From: a bacterium
GTDB taxonomy: Bacteria > Omnitrophota > Gorgyraeia > Zapsychrales > Zapsychraceae
Direction of reading: 5' to 3'
Length of the DNA: 64,000 bases
Assembly: GCA_030429765.1 (NCBI GenBank)
Contig: JAUIER010000007.1
Location: 4,372 to 68,371, forward strand
Below the pieces are notes generated by a model, which was given only the letters and a program-made list of their open reading frames with translations, was not told the DNA's origin and ran no database searches. Position numbers and translations under genes: made by a program. This document shows positions 28,842 to 38,051 of this stretch, piece by piece; the stretch's first letter is position 1; each line of letters starts with the position of its first letter.

Positions 28842-29602
28842 GCGCGACGAATATAATCCTGATGTATCACGGTATTATCGGTAAAGACACACGAGTCCCG
28901 AAACTCCGGGAGGTCGGCGCTGATCTTTATGACGTCAAGACCAGCCATTTTGACCTTCACTTGCAGGGCATTCAGCGGGCGGGAAAAAAGGCCAGTAAAA
29001 TGGAAGACCTGAGTGAGAATGACGTCGTGATCACCTTTGATGACGGGGAGCTGAATAATTTCACCGAAGCCCTGCCGATCCTGCAGAAGTATCAGTATCC
29101 CGCCTACTTCTTTATCATCGCCAAGCGAGTGGGGGCTCAGGGGTACATGAACGTGGATCAGCTCAAGCAATTGGTCGATGCCGGGATGATCGTCGGTTCA
29201 CACGGCCTCAGTCACGAGATCCTGACGAATCTCAAGGATACCCAGGTCGAGGAAGAGCTGAGCGCGTCCAAAAAATTCCTGGAGCGAAATCTGAACATCA
29301 CCGTCGACACGATGTCGATACCGCGCGGCTTTTGCAATGACAAGATCATTCAGATGGCCCATGCGGCCGGTTACAAACATATCTTTATCTCTGAACGTCC
29401 CAAGGACCTCACCGTGCAGAATTGCCATGAGCGGGTGGCGGTCAAGCGGGACTGGACGGTCAAACGATTTGAGCAGGCCCTGGTCGGTCAAGTGCCTTTT
29501 GGAGAAATGATCCGCGACCGGGCCAAAAATATCACCAAATCGGTACTCAATGAGTCAGGCTACAATTGGATTCGCAGCACGTATATCAAAATGTTTAAAT
29601 AG
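28838..29602 (+). CDS. Polysaccharide deacetylase (CE4/NodB)
   Basis: LMYH, ITFDDG and GSHGLSH motifs. Confidence 0.9.
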   Translation: MSATNIILMYHGIIGKDTRVPKLREVGADLYDVKTSHFDLHLQGIQRAGKKASKMEDLSENDVVITFDDGELNNFTEALPILQKYQYPAYFFIIAKRVGAQGYMNVDQLKQLVDAGMIVGSHGLSHEILTNLKDTQVEEELSASKKFLERNLNITVDTMSIPRGFCNDKIIQMAHAAGYKHIFISERPKDLTVQNCHERVAVKRDWTVKRFEQALVGQVPFGEMIRDRAKNITKSVLNESGYNWIRSTYIKMFK

Positions 29603-29614
29603 CACGGTAAGGTT

Positions 29615-30766
29615 ATGTCGTTAACGCTTTGGATTTTTATCGCCCTGATTGTTTATTGTTACTTCGGATATCCATTTTTGATCTGGATGTGGTCGCGGCT
29701 GTTCGCGCGCCCGGTCAATAAAAAACAAATCACCCCGTCAGTATCCGTTGTGATGTCGGCCTGGAATGAAGAGGACGTGATCCGCGGCAAGCTGGAAAAC
29801 TTCCTCGCCCTTGATTATCCGCCTGACAAATTCGAAATCCTGATTGGATCTGACGGATCCACTGATCAGACCAACGCGATCGTCCGGGAATTTACGGATC
29901 CGCGTGTCCGGCTCGTCGAGCTCGAGGGACGTAATGGCAAGATGGTGACGATCAATCACCTCGTCAAGTTGGCCCGCCATGAGATTATAGTCTTTACAGA
30001 TGCCCGCCAGATTTTTGAAAAGGACGCGATCCGCCAACTGGTGGCCAACTTTCACGATCCCAAGGTCGGTTGCGTGAGCGGGGAATTGATGTTCTACGAG
30101 CGGGACGGAGCCACGGCCAAGGGAATTAACCTGTATTGGCGCTACGAAAAATTCATGCGCGATTGTGAGAGCCGAATTCATTCGATGCTGGGCGCGACCG
30201 GGGCGATCTACGCGGCGCGCAAATCACTGTACCGCGATGTCCCCGCGGATGTGGTGCTCGACGACGTGTTTATCCCGTTTCAGATCATTCGTCAGGGATA
30301 CCGGGCGATTTTTGACGGCTCCGCGCGGGCCTTTGATGAGGTGGCGGATAATCCCAAGGAAGAATACCGCCGCAAGGCCCGAACCCTTTTTGGAAATTAT
30401 CAGATATTCTGGCGCTGCCGGCAGATGTTCAATCCGGTTACAAGCCCGGTAGCCCTGCAATTTTTTTCGCATAAATTTCTGAGGGTGATTGTTCCGTTTT
30501 TGATGATCGGAGTCTTTGTCCTCAACATCCTGCTGCTGGATCAGACCATCTACAAATTTCTCATGCTCCTGCAGCTGATTTTTTACGCAATGGCCGCCAT
30601 TGGAGGGTTGGCAAGAGGACAAAAATATGGTATGCTCAGGCTTTTATCCCGGGTTTGCTACATACCGTATGTCTTTTGTTTGCTGAATTTTTCGGCGCTG
30701 ATTGGATTTTTGAGGTATATCGGTTCAAATCAACAAATCACTTGGGACAAGGCAAGGGCGAACTAA
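29615..30766 (+). CDS. Glycosyltransferase family 2, membrane-anchored
   Basis: AWNEE, SDGSTD, FTDA, GATGAIYA and LDD motifs; TM helices at both ends. Confidence 0.9.
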   Translation: MSLTLWIFIALIVYCYFGYPFLIWMWSRLFARPVNKKQITPSVSVVMSAWNEEDVIRGKLENFLALDYPPDKFEILIGSDGSTDQTNAIVREFTDPRVRLVELEGRNGKMVTINHLVKLARHEIIVFTDARQIFEKDAIRQLVANFHDPKVGCVSGELMFYERDGATAKGINLYWRYEKFMRDCESRIHSMLGATGAIYAARKSLYRDVPADVVLDDVFIPFQIIRQGYRAIFDGSARAFDEVADNPKEEYRRKARTLFGNYQIFWRCRQMFNPVTSPVALQFFSHKFLRVIVPFLMIGVFVLNILLLDQTIYKFLMLLQLIFYAMAAIGGLARGQKYGMLRLLSRVCYIPYVFCLLNFSALIGFLRYIGSNQQITWDKARAN

Positions 30767-30767
30767 T

Positions 30768-31601
30768 ATGGACGTTGTAACCAATTTCATCAAAAACAAC
30801 AAGAATTTCATGATTGCGCTGGGCGTCACCATCCTGGCATACTTTCCAACCATGATCTGGATGTGGGACCGCTGGTTTGTGCGGGATTCCTATTATTCGC
30901 ATGGGCCGTTGATCCCGGCCGTAACGATCTTCCTGATCTGGAACATGAAAGATGAACTTGCCAAGCTCGTACGCAAAGAATCTCCCTGGGGGATGAGGCT
31001 GATTATCGCCGGGATCATTATCCACTTGCTGGCATCCCATCCAAATGTACGGATCTATTTTGTCTCCGGATTTTCCATTCTGCTGGTGATCTCCGGACTG
31101 ATCCTGTATTTCTTCGGATCCGAAATATTTAAGAAAATCATATTTCCAGTCTCGTTTCTGTTTTTCATGATCCCGTTACCATTGGTCGTGATCAATAAGA
31201 TCAGCCTGGAACTCAAGATGTTTGCCGCCGAGATGGCCACCGGCGTACTCAACAATATGCGAATCCCGGCCATTCGGGACGGTAGTATCATCAAGATGCG
31301 CCACGCGCATGTCACCGTCGACGACGTCTGCAGCGGCCTGCGATCGCTCATATCGCTAACGGCCCTGGGCAGCATCTTCGGCTATTGGCTGAAGGGAGCC
31401 ATGTGGAAGCGTGTTTTGCTGTTTGTCTCAACCATCCCGATTGCGATCATAACAAACATGTGCCGAGTGGTCTTTCTGTCGGCTGTCAGTGAGATCTGGG
31501 GGACCGAATATGCCGACGGATTTGTCCATGATGCCGCCGGATTTATGGTCTTTGCTTTGGCCTTTATCATGCTTTATGCCGTAGGGAAAATACTCGAATG
31601 A
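30768..31601 (+). CDS. Exosortase
   Basis: YYSHG motif and catalytic triad VCSGLRS (Cys), NMCRV (Arg), VHDAAG (His); about 8 TM helices. Confidence 0.95.
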   Translation: MDVVTNFIKNNKNFMIALGVTILAYFPTMIWMWDRWFVRDSYYSHGPLIPAVTIFLIWNMKDELAKLVRKESPWGMRLIIAGIIIHLLASHPNVRIYFVSGFSILLVISGLILYFFGSEIFKKIIFPVSFLFFMIPLPLVVINKISLELKMFAAEMATGVLNNMRIPAIRDGSIIKMRHAHVTVDDVCSGLRSLISLTALGSIFGYWLKGAMWKRVLLFVSTIPIAIITNMCRVVFLSAVSEIWGTEYADGFVHDAAGFMVFALAFIMLYAVGKILE

Positions 31602-32224
31602 AAAACAAAAAACTCATCATCGTCTTTGTCTTACTTGCCCTTTCAGGGGCCGTTTCCTGGACCACCTACCTCAAGGACTACAACCAGGAAGATACCGTCA
31701 ATATCCATCTGTTTCCCAAGGAAATCGGGGGATGGACCTCGGAGGAGCTGCCGATCACCGAAGATGAGTATGCCATCCTGGAGACACGAAACGTCTTTGC
31801 CCGCAAATACACCGGCCCCAAGGGGCAGGAAATCTACTATTTCAACATATATTCGCAGTACAACCGTAAAGTCTCACACCCCCCTGAAGTCTGTTATACA
31901 GGCAGTGGGGTGAAGGTAAGCTCTAATGTCGTGGAAAGCGTCCAAGTATCAGACGATCGGTCCATCGATATGCATAAACTGTTGCTCGAGCATAAACTTT
32001 ACCGTCAAATCGCCTACTACTGGTTCAAAATCGGCGATTCCTACACTCCCAGCTACTGGAAACAGCAACTGACCATTACCTTCAATAACCTGATCGGAAA
32101 ACCCAAAGGAAGCGCCCTGATACGGGTCTCCGCGGGGATCCGCACCACCCCTGAAGCCGCCGAGGCAGACATCAAAGAATTCATCCGCCTGGTCTACCCG
32201 CAACTTAATCAATATCTTCCTTGA
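31598..32224 (+). CDS. epsI: EpsI-family exosortase-associated protein
   Basis: FPKEIGGW, HPPEVCYTGSG, YYWF and ALIRVS motifs. Confidence 0.9.
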   Translation: MKNKKLIIVFVLLALSGAVSWTTYLKDYNQEDTVNIHLFPKEIGGWTSEELPITEDEYAILETRNVFARKYTGPKGQEIYYFNIYSQYNRKVSHPPEVCYTGSGVKVSSNVVESVQVSDDRSIDMHKLLLEHKLYRQIAYYWFKIGDSYTPSYWKQQLTITFNNLIGKPKGSALIRVSAGIRTTPEAAEADIKEFIRLVYPQLNQYLP

Positions 32225-32256
32225 TTTTTTTAGAATCCCTTATATAATAACGAATC

Positions 32257-32294
32257 TGTCCAACATAATCGACATATGTTGATTAAATTGGACA
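32257..32294. promoter_or_regulatory. Paired TGT-N12-ACA enhancer (bEBP UAS)
   Basis: TGTCCAACATAATCGACA-TA-TGTTGATTAAATTGGACA: two 18-bp sites in inverted arrangement about 140 bp upstream of a -24/-12 promoter. Confidence 0.65.
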
Positions 32295-32431
32295 TGATTG
32301 AGGCCTTCTGACCCCGAAAGTCCTGGATTGTCCAGGTAAACCACAAAATCATCAATTTATTTTATGCATAAGTCTTTCACTTGCAGCGACTTCCGTAATT
32401 ACCCCAAATATCAGACTATAGTCATCTCAAT

Positions 32432-32447
32432 TGGCACGCATATTGCT
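32432..32447 (+). promoter_or_regulatory. sigma-54 (-24/-12) promoter of the priming transferase/PEP-CTERM operon
   Basis: TGGCAC-GCATA-TTGCT, a full consensus match. Confidence 0.85.
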
Positions 32448-32512
32448 CTATTGGTGGGTAACGAGCAGACAACACGTTAATACATTAAGGAAGAAACAAA
32501 GGTAAATACAAC

Positions 32513-33367
32513 ATGACGCGTAAAAGACGACTCATCAAAAGACAAAAACGAATCTTCGGAGAAACACTTATCATTTTGTTCGGTTTATGTGTAGCCACCG
32601 GCTGGGCAACCGTATCACTGGTCAAACCCAACGATGCCACACATTACATTGAAGCCGCCCACAGGGGAGAGATCCCAAGCGACACAGCGGCCACCGAAAA
32701 ATCACGCGCGCCAGAACCGTCCACCATGGCCCTTTTCGGGGGAGGCATGTTCGGGATGATCATGAGCTTTGTTCGCAGGACATATGCGGCCGCTAAACGC
32801 GTATTGGACATCGTCTGCAGCCTATTAGGGGCAATCATCCTATCGCCGCTGTTCATTCTGGCGTTCTTCCTGGTCCGATTTACCTCAAAAGGCCCGATCA
32901 TCTACTCACAAACACGTGTAGGAAAAGATGGCGAGCACTTCCAAATCTATAAATTCCGTACAATGCGCGTTGACGCTGAAAAAGAGACCGGACCGGTTTG
33001 GGCCGCTCAAAACGACAAACGTCTTACGCCAGTAGGGAAATTCCTGAGAAAATCACATATTGACGAACTTCCACAGCTAATCAACGTACTGAAAGGCGAA
33101 ATGAGCATCATTGGTCCACGACCAGAGCGTCCGATTTTTGTTGAAGAATTCAAAGAATCTATTCCAAACTACGAAGGCCGATTGGCTGTTAAGCCAGGTA
33201 TTACAGGACTTGCACAAGTATGGCATAGATACGATGAAACGTTGCAGGATGTTAAGAAAAAAGTCCGTTACGACCGTCTATACATCAAGAAGATGGGATT
33301 CTGGGCTGATGTTAACATCATCTTGAGAACTTTACGGGTTGTCGTTACCGGCGAAGGAGCCCGTTAA
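32513..33367 (+). CDS. Priming phosphoglycosyl (sugar) transferase with an internal PEP-CTERM signal
   Basis: Bac_transf motifs KRVLD, KFRTM, DELPQLINVLKGEMSIIGPRPE and KPGITGLAQ, preceded by APEPSTMALFGGGMFGMIMSFVRR. Confidence 0.92.
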   Translation: MTRKRRLIKRQKRIFGETLIILFGLCVATGWATVSLVKPNDATHYIEAAHRGEIPSDTAATEKSRAPEPSTMALFGGGMFGMIMSFVRRTYAAAKRVLDIVCSLLGAIILSPLFILAFFLVRFTSKGPIIYSQTRVGKDGEHFQIYKFRTMRVDAEKETGPVWAAQNDKRLTPVGKFLRKSHIDELPQLINVLKGEMSIIGPRPERPIFVEEFKESIPNYEGRLAVKPGITGLAQVWHRYDETLQDVKKKVRYDRLYIKKMGFWADVNIILRTLRVVVTGEGAR

Positions 33368-33475
33368 AGTACACCTAATACATTACATCTTAGGGGGGAT
33401 GTTTAATATAAACCTAATTTTGTAGTAAAATTTACGATGACTAGAAAAAGCATAAACAACAAGGGGAGTAAAAAC

Positions 33476-34318
33476 ATGAAGAAAGTAATGTTCCTAGTAG
33501 CATTAGCAGTTGCTCTTGGTTTTAACGTAAACCAAGTTGCTGCACAGCCGTTTACAGGCGCTATGGCTACGGATTCATGCCCGGGATTTGACACGGGGGA
33601 TCCATTAGTAGCTACACCTTGCCAGGTAAACGACGGACCAGAAGTTTACGAAGCAATCAACCACATCTTCAACAGTGCTGGAGTAGCCAACCCTGGTGGA
33701 GTGATGACTGATAACGGTGACACTGACCCATTCAGAGTTCTAGGTAATGACTCATATTGGGCCGACCTAGGTGGCGGTGTTTCATCTAACTTTGCGGTAG
33801 TAAGTATCAGTGCAGCTAACATGAACACCCTAGGTGTTCACCCAGTTGGAAACCTTGGCGGAACTTCATTTGTCGTTCCTCCACAAACAGGATTCGGTCT
33901 TCTTGGAGACGGATCTATGGCTAATCCATTTGCTGGTGGAGTCAACACTCTAGCCAACCAAAACTTCGGATTCGCATTGAACACAGTTGGAATCGGTGGA
34001 AACAACACTTGGTCATCTGATCCTACGCTTAACAGCGACGGACTAGATCACATGATCACGTTCTACTTCCCAGAATTAGCTGGTGTCTCTTTCTATATTG
34101 ACACTGACGATGACGGTGTACAGGACGGACAAATCCAACTTACATCTGACACATACGTGTTGGCATGGGAAGACTTACCAGGTGGTGGAGATATCGACTA
34201 CAACGATACAGTTTTCCTAGTAACTCGCGTTGCCCCAGTTCCAGAACCAATCACAGCGTTGCTATTCAGTGGTGGTTTTGCAGCAATGGCAGCACGACGT
34301 AGAAAAGTAAATGCCTAA
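33476..34318 (+). CDS. Secreted PEP-CTERM protein with a DUF4114-like acidic (Ca-binding?) C-domain
   Basis: Signal peptide MKKVMFL..VAA, WEDLPGGGDIDYND motif, C-terminal PVPEPITALLFSGGFAAMAARRRK. Confidence 0.9.
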   Translation: MKKVMFLVALAVALGFNVNQVAAQPFTGAMATDSCPGFDTGDPLVATPCQVNDGPEVYEAINHIFNSAGVANPGGVMTDNGDTDPFRVLGNDSYWADLGGGVSSNFAVVSISAANMNTLGVHPVGNLGGTSFVVPPQTGFGLLGDGSMANPFAGGVNTLANQNFGFALNTVGIGGNNTWSSDPTLNSDGLDHMITFYFPELAGVSFYIDTDDDGVQDGQIQLTSDTYVLAWEDLPGGGDIDYNDTVFLVTRVAPVPEPITALLFSGGFAAMAARRRKVNA

Positions 34319-34390
34319 TTTTTGTTAGGAACGTGTAGTAAAAATCACTTAAGTTATATCTATTTAACTTAAGAAAGGAGGGTTAAACCC

Positions 34391-34672
34391 GTGAAAGAAA
34401 GCAAATTGATGAAAACATTGAGAGGCCTGTTCGTAGCAGCATCAGTACCGTTTATCACAGCATGTAACGGAGGCGGTGGTGGAGCCCTTCTTGGAACAGG
34501 CAGCCTATTCAGCGGACTCGACAGCGATGTCCAATTCGGACCTGAAGGATTGCTAGCAGCAACCAGCGGTGACCAAGTTGGCGCGTTGACAAATCCAGAA
34601 CCGGCAAGCATGTTGCTTGTGGGTAGTGGAATGGCTGTTATGGCTTACTACAATAACAAAAAGAAAGCTTAG
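34391..34672 (+). CDS. Small lipoprotein with a C-terminal PEP-CTERM signal
   Basis: Lipobox ITAC, C-terminal NPEPASMLLVGSGMAVMAYYNNKKKA; RBS AAGGAGG before the GTG start. Confidence 0.8.
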   Translation: MKESKLMKTLRGLFVAASVPFITACNGGGGGALLGTGSLFSGLDSDVQFGPEGLLAATSGDQVGALTNPEPASMLLVGSGMAVMAYYNNKKKA

Positions 34673-34706
34673 TCATATAGCATGAGCTGAAATGGCTTAT
34701 GTGACC

Positions 34707-34760
34707 TAGGTAAAAAAATAAGGCAGGTTATTTGCATAGCTTGCCTTATTTTTTTGCCTA
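34707..34760. terminator. Bidirectional intrinsic terminator
   Basis: AAAAAAATAAGGCAGGTTA..TAGCTTGCCTTATTTTTTT hairpin flanked by A- and T-tracts. Confidence 0.85.
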
Positions 34761-34798
34761 GCAAGCCGGTGTTATATAAATTTTTTGTTCTTTTGCAT

Positions 34799-34827
34799 TT
34801 GACGCTACCCGAGCTGTATGTTAATAT
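34799..34827 (+). promoter_or_regulatory. Putative sigma-70 promoter of the regulatory operon
   Basis: TTGACG-N17-TAATAT with a TG extension. Confidence 0.4.
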
Positions 34828-34960
34828 TTATTGCATAAGATATTCAAATACAACAATTTACCCGAATTTTGACGTTATCGGACACAGCAAAAGAATACCA
34901 GTACGATATAAACCCCTAGAGGCCGATTCGTGACGCCTCCACTCTAAAACAGGACGTAAA

Positions 34961-35833
34961 ATGGCCGAATCTGAAGAAATCATAGAGAAACCCAAAGTAT
35001 TGACTTTGCTTAAGTCATCGATCGGAACCCTGACTACGCATGGTGTAATCCTGGTACCGTTTGTATTTATCGCGTTTATTCAACTGCTTGTGCTTGAGAT
35101 CCTGTATTTTATTCCACGATGGCCGCTCAATCAGTTCTTCGGGCCGGTTATCCGTAAACTCTGGTCAGAGACATTTATGCATTACCCGATCAATTTCTCG
35201 CTGCTGCCCAAGCTGTTTCAATACGCCCAGGTCCCCATATTTATCCTATTTTCATCATTCCTGATCGGGGTATCCATTCGCATTATCTACATGCTAAACA
35301 ATGAAGAAGAGGTTCGTGTGGGCGCGGTGATCAAAGGCCTTCTGCCGACGTACATCTACATCCTATGCGCCGCCCTGTTATCGTACGGTCTGATGTACCT
35401 GTTTTTCAAGGGATACGGCCTGGTTTACGCCAGAGCCCTCGAGATTCGCTCCGTGAGTGGGCCATTTTTCTGGCTCAAGAACACCATTGTCCACGGGGCC
35501 CCGTACTTCAGCCTGTTGTTATCGATTATCGGAACCACTTTATTCGCTTATGTGATTCCGCTGCTGGTGATTGAGAAACGCAAATTGTTTTCAGCCCTCA
35601 TCGAAAATTTCAAGTTGGTTTTCACATCACCGTTCAAGACATTTTTTCTGGTCTTTTTTCCTTCAATCATCTACGCCCTGATCCTATTGCTGCGTAACGA
35701 AATTCCATTTGAAGGTCGAGTGCCGGAGCTTCGGGCCATTTCAATCGTAATCAGTATCTTTGTTACACTTATCATCGATGCGGTGGTTTATACGGCGTTG
35801 ACAACATATTTCCTAATTAGACGAGGTAACTAG
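34961..35833 (+). CDS. Integral membrane protein (about 6 TM)
   Basis: Long hydrophobic ORF; abuts the TPR gene. Confidence 0.75.
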   Translation: MAESEEIIEKPKVLTLLKSSIGTLTTHGVILVPFVFIAFIQLLVLEILYFIPRWPLNQFFGPVIRKLWSETFMHYPINFSLLPKLFQYAQVPIFILFSSFLIGVSIRIIYMLNNEEEVRVGAVIKGLLPTYIYILCAALLSYGLMYLFFKGYGLVYARALEIRSVSGPFFWLKNTIVHGAPYFSLLLSIIGTTLFAYVIPLLVIEKRKLFSALIENFKLVFTSPFKTFFLVFFPSIIYALILLLRNEIPFEGRVPELRAISIVISIFVTLIIDAVVYTALTTYFLIRRGN

Positions 35834-36739
35834 ATGAAAAAAACTATATTTATTTTAGCGCTGATCCTGATCATCGTATTTGGTGTTTTTACCGCTCTGG
35901 ACTACCGGGGAGAGTATGCGGCGGAACGCGACCTGTGGAAAATCAATGACAAGTTCGCCCATGCAGCTATCGATCCGGGGAGCGTGCCTGATTCCACCTT
36001 CGAAAGTATCGCCGCCCGATATTCCGCCTTCGTTAAAAAATTTCCGGATTCAAAACTGGTTCCGGCGGCCCATATTCTGGTAGGACGGGTGTACCTGACC
36101 AAGGGCGACTACAGCAAGGCGCGGCAAAAGTATGAGGAAATCGTTAATATCTACAACGACAAGCCCAACATTGCCGTTGAAGCACTCGCCGATATAGGAC
36201 GAACCTATGCCCTGGAAGATGATTCAGAAGGCGTCATTCAAAACTACAAACGGGTTATGAACGAGTATCCGCTTACGCCGATTGGCATGCAGGCGCCGCT
36301 GATCCTGGCCAAGTTTCATGCCGAAAGGGGAGATACGGCTATAGCGGAAAAGGCCTTTGCCGAGGCTTCGGCCCATTTTAGCAAGATCATTAAAGAGAAT
36401 GCCGGCACGACCGTTGAATTTAACGCCCTACGATCGCTTGGCGCGACCTATATGGCCAGCCGCAAGTACGAAGAAGCGGTTGATACCTTTGGTAAAATCC
36501 TGATCGGCTTTCCGCAACGCAAATATCTGAATACCCAGCGGGTACAGAATATTGTCAAAACGATCAACACGGTATCCGTCGTCGAATTAAAGGACTATGA
36601 AAAACCGATCAGCATCTACACGGAGTTCGTCACAAAGCATCCAAACCATCCATTTACTGCGACGTTTGAAGAGATGATCAATAGTCTGACACTCCTGAGA
36701 AACAAGAAAGTCGAGTTTAGCCTACAAAAGGACCAGTAA
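35834..36739 (+). CDS. Membrane-anchored TPR protein (PrsT-like position)
   Basis: N-terminal TM/signal helix and repeated TPR helices (FVKKFPDS..AHILVGRVY). Confidence 0.8.
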   Translation: MKKTIFILALILIIVFGVFTALDYRGEYAAERDLWKINDKFAHAAIDPGSVPDSTFESIAARYSAFVKKFPDSKLVPAAHILVGRVYLTKGDYSKARQKYEEIVNIYNDKPNIAVEALADIGRTYALEDDSEGVIQNYKRVMNEYPLTPIGMQAPLILAKFHAERGDTAIAEKAFAEASAHFSKIIKENAGTTVEFNALRSLGATYMASRKYEEAVDTFGKILIGFPQRKYLNTQRVQNIVKTINTVSVVELKDYEKPISIYTEFVTKHPNHPFTATFEEMINSLTLLRNKKVEFSLQKDQ

Positions 36740-36746
36740 GACCTTA

Positions 36747-38051
36747 ATGAAATCCGCCATCAAAGAACTAACAGAAGCCGACCTATTTCAGAAAATAGGG
36801 GAAATTTGCGCGACTGTTAACACATCCAGCGGAACTCAGGAACTTTTGGATGTTTCTCTCACCAAGATCATCGACCTCTACGGAGCGAATCGCGGATCAG
36901 TCTTTATCCTTTCGGATTCCAACGATCAGTTAGTCCTCAAAAGCTCCGTAGGCATGAAATTCAACGAAAAAGAGAACATGGTCAAACAGATGGGGGAAGG
37001 GATTGTCGGCCGCGTGGCCCAGCTCAAGGAACCCATGTATGTCGATGATATTTCCAAAGATCAGCGTTTCAACAATTACAAGCTGCGTCAGAGTTATTCC
37101 ACGCCCTCTTTCATTTGCGCCCCGTTGATGATTAAAGACCAGGTCATCGGGGTTATTAATATCGCCGACAAGGGCACAGGCCTTAAGTTTAACAATAATG
37201 ACCTGCAATTGCTGGATTTTCTCACCACCCAGGTTGCTCTAAACTATCGACGCATCCTCCTGCATCAAAAATTCAAACGAATCGTCAAAGAACGCAACAG
37301 CCTTGAAGATCGGCTCGGTCAAACAGATCAGGAAAAAAAACACCTTAAAAAACAAATTGTGGTTCACGAAAAGCTGGCCACCATCGGAAAATTGGCCGGA
37401 GGGATTGCCCACGAGTTTAATAATCCGCTCGACGGTGTTATGCGCTACACCAATTTATGCCTCGATCACATTCAGGACGACGAGGTCGTTCGCGGATATT
37501 TGCTTGAAATCAAGCATGGACTGAACCGTATGGCCAACATTGTACGCAGCCTGCTAGCCTGCTCCAGGGACCATAACCCCACCCAGCAATTTGCCGAGAT
37601 CAAGCAGGCCTTTGAACACGCGCTGTCCGCCAAACTCGGCGAGATTCTTCGAAAAAAAATAGTGGTTCAGCGGGATATTTCCCGGGAACTGCCGCCCATT
37701 CGTGATCTGGGAATCGAACGGATCCTGACAAATTTAATCAACAATTCAGTCGACGCGATTGAAAAGGACGGACTGATCGATTTTAAGGCCTTTGAGAGCG
37801 ATGATAATATCGTTCTACATTTTGCGGATACAGGTCGAGGCATAGATGAAGACAGTATTCAGCGGATCTTCGAGCCTTTTTATACCACGAAAGACATCGA
37901 CAAGGGTTGCGGATTGGGGCTGACGATCGTAGGGGAGATAGTCAAGGCCTACGACGGATCGATTGATGTCGATAGCAATCCCGGCCGAGGCACGACATTT
38001 ACCATAAAAATACCATTGAAAGCGAACGAAGATGAACCAGAAAATACGTGA
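36747..38051 (+). CDS. GAF-domain sensor histidine kinase (cytoplasmic)
   Basis: GEGIVG/APLM GAF domain, AHEFNNPL H-box, N/G boxes DTGRGI, FEPFYTTK, GLGL. Confidence 0.92.
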   Translation: MKSAIKELTEADLFQKIGEICATVNTSSGTQELLDVSLTKIIDLYGANRGSVFILSDSNDQLVLKSSVGMKFNEKENMVKQMGEGIVGRVAQLKEPMYVDDISKDQRFNNYKLRQSYSTPSFICAPLMIKDQVIGVINIADKGTGLKFNNNDLQLLDFLTTQVALNYRRILLHQKFKRIVKERNSLEDRLGQTDQEKKHLKKQIVVHEKLATIGKLAGGIAHEFNNPLDGVMRYTNLCLDHIQDDEVVRGYLLEIKHGLNRMANIVRSLLACSRDHNPTQQFAEIKQAFEHALSAKLGEILRKKIVVQRDISRELPPIRDLGIERILTNLINNSVDAIEKDGLIDFKAFESDDNIVLHFADTGRGIDEDSIQRIFEPFYTTKDIDKGCGLGLTIVGEIVKAYDGSIDVDSNPGRGTTFTIKIPLKANEDEPENT

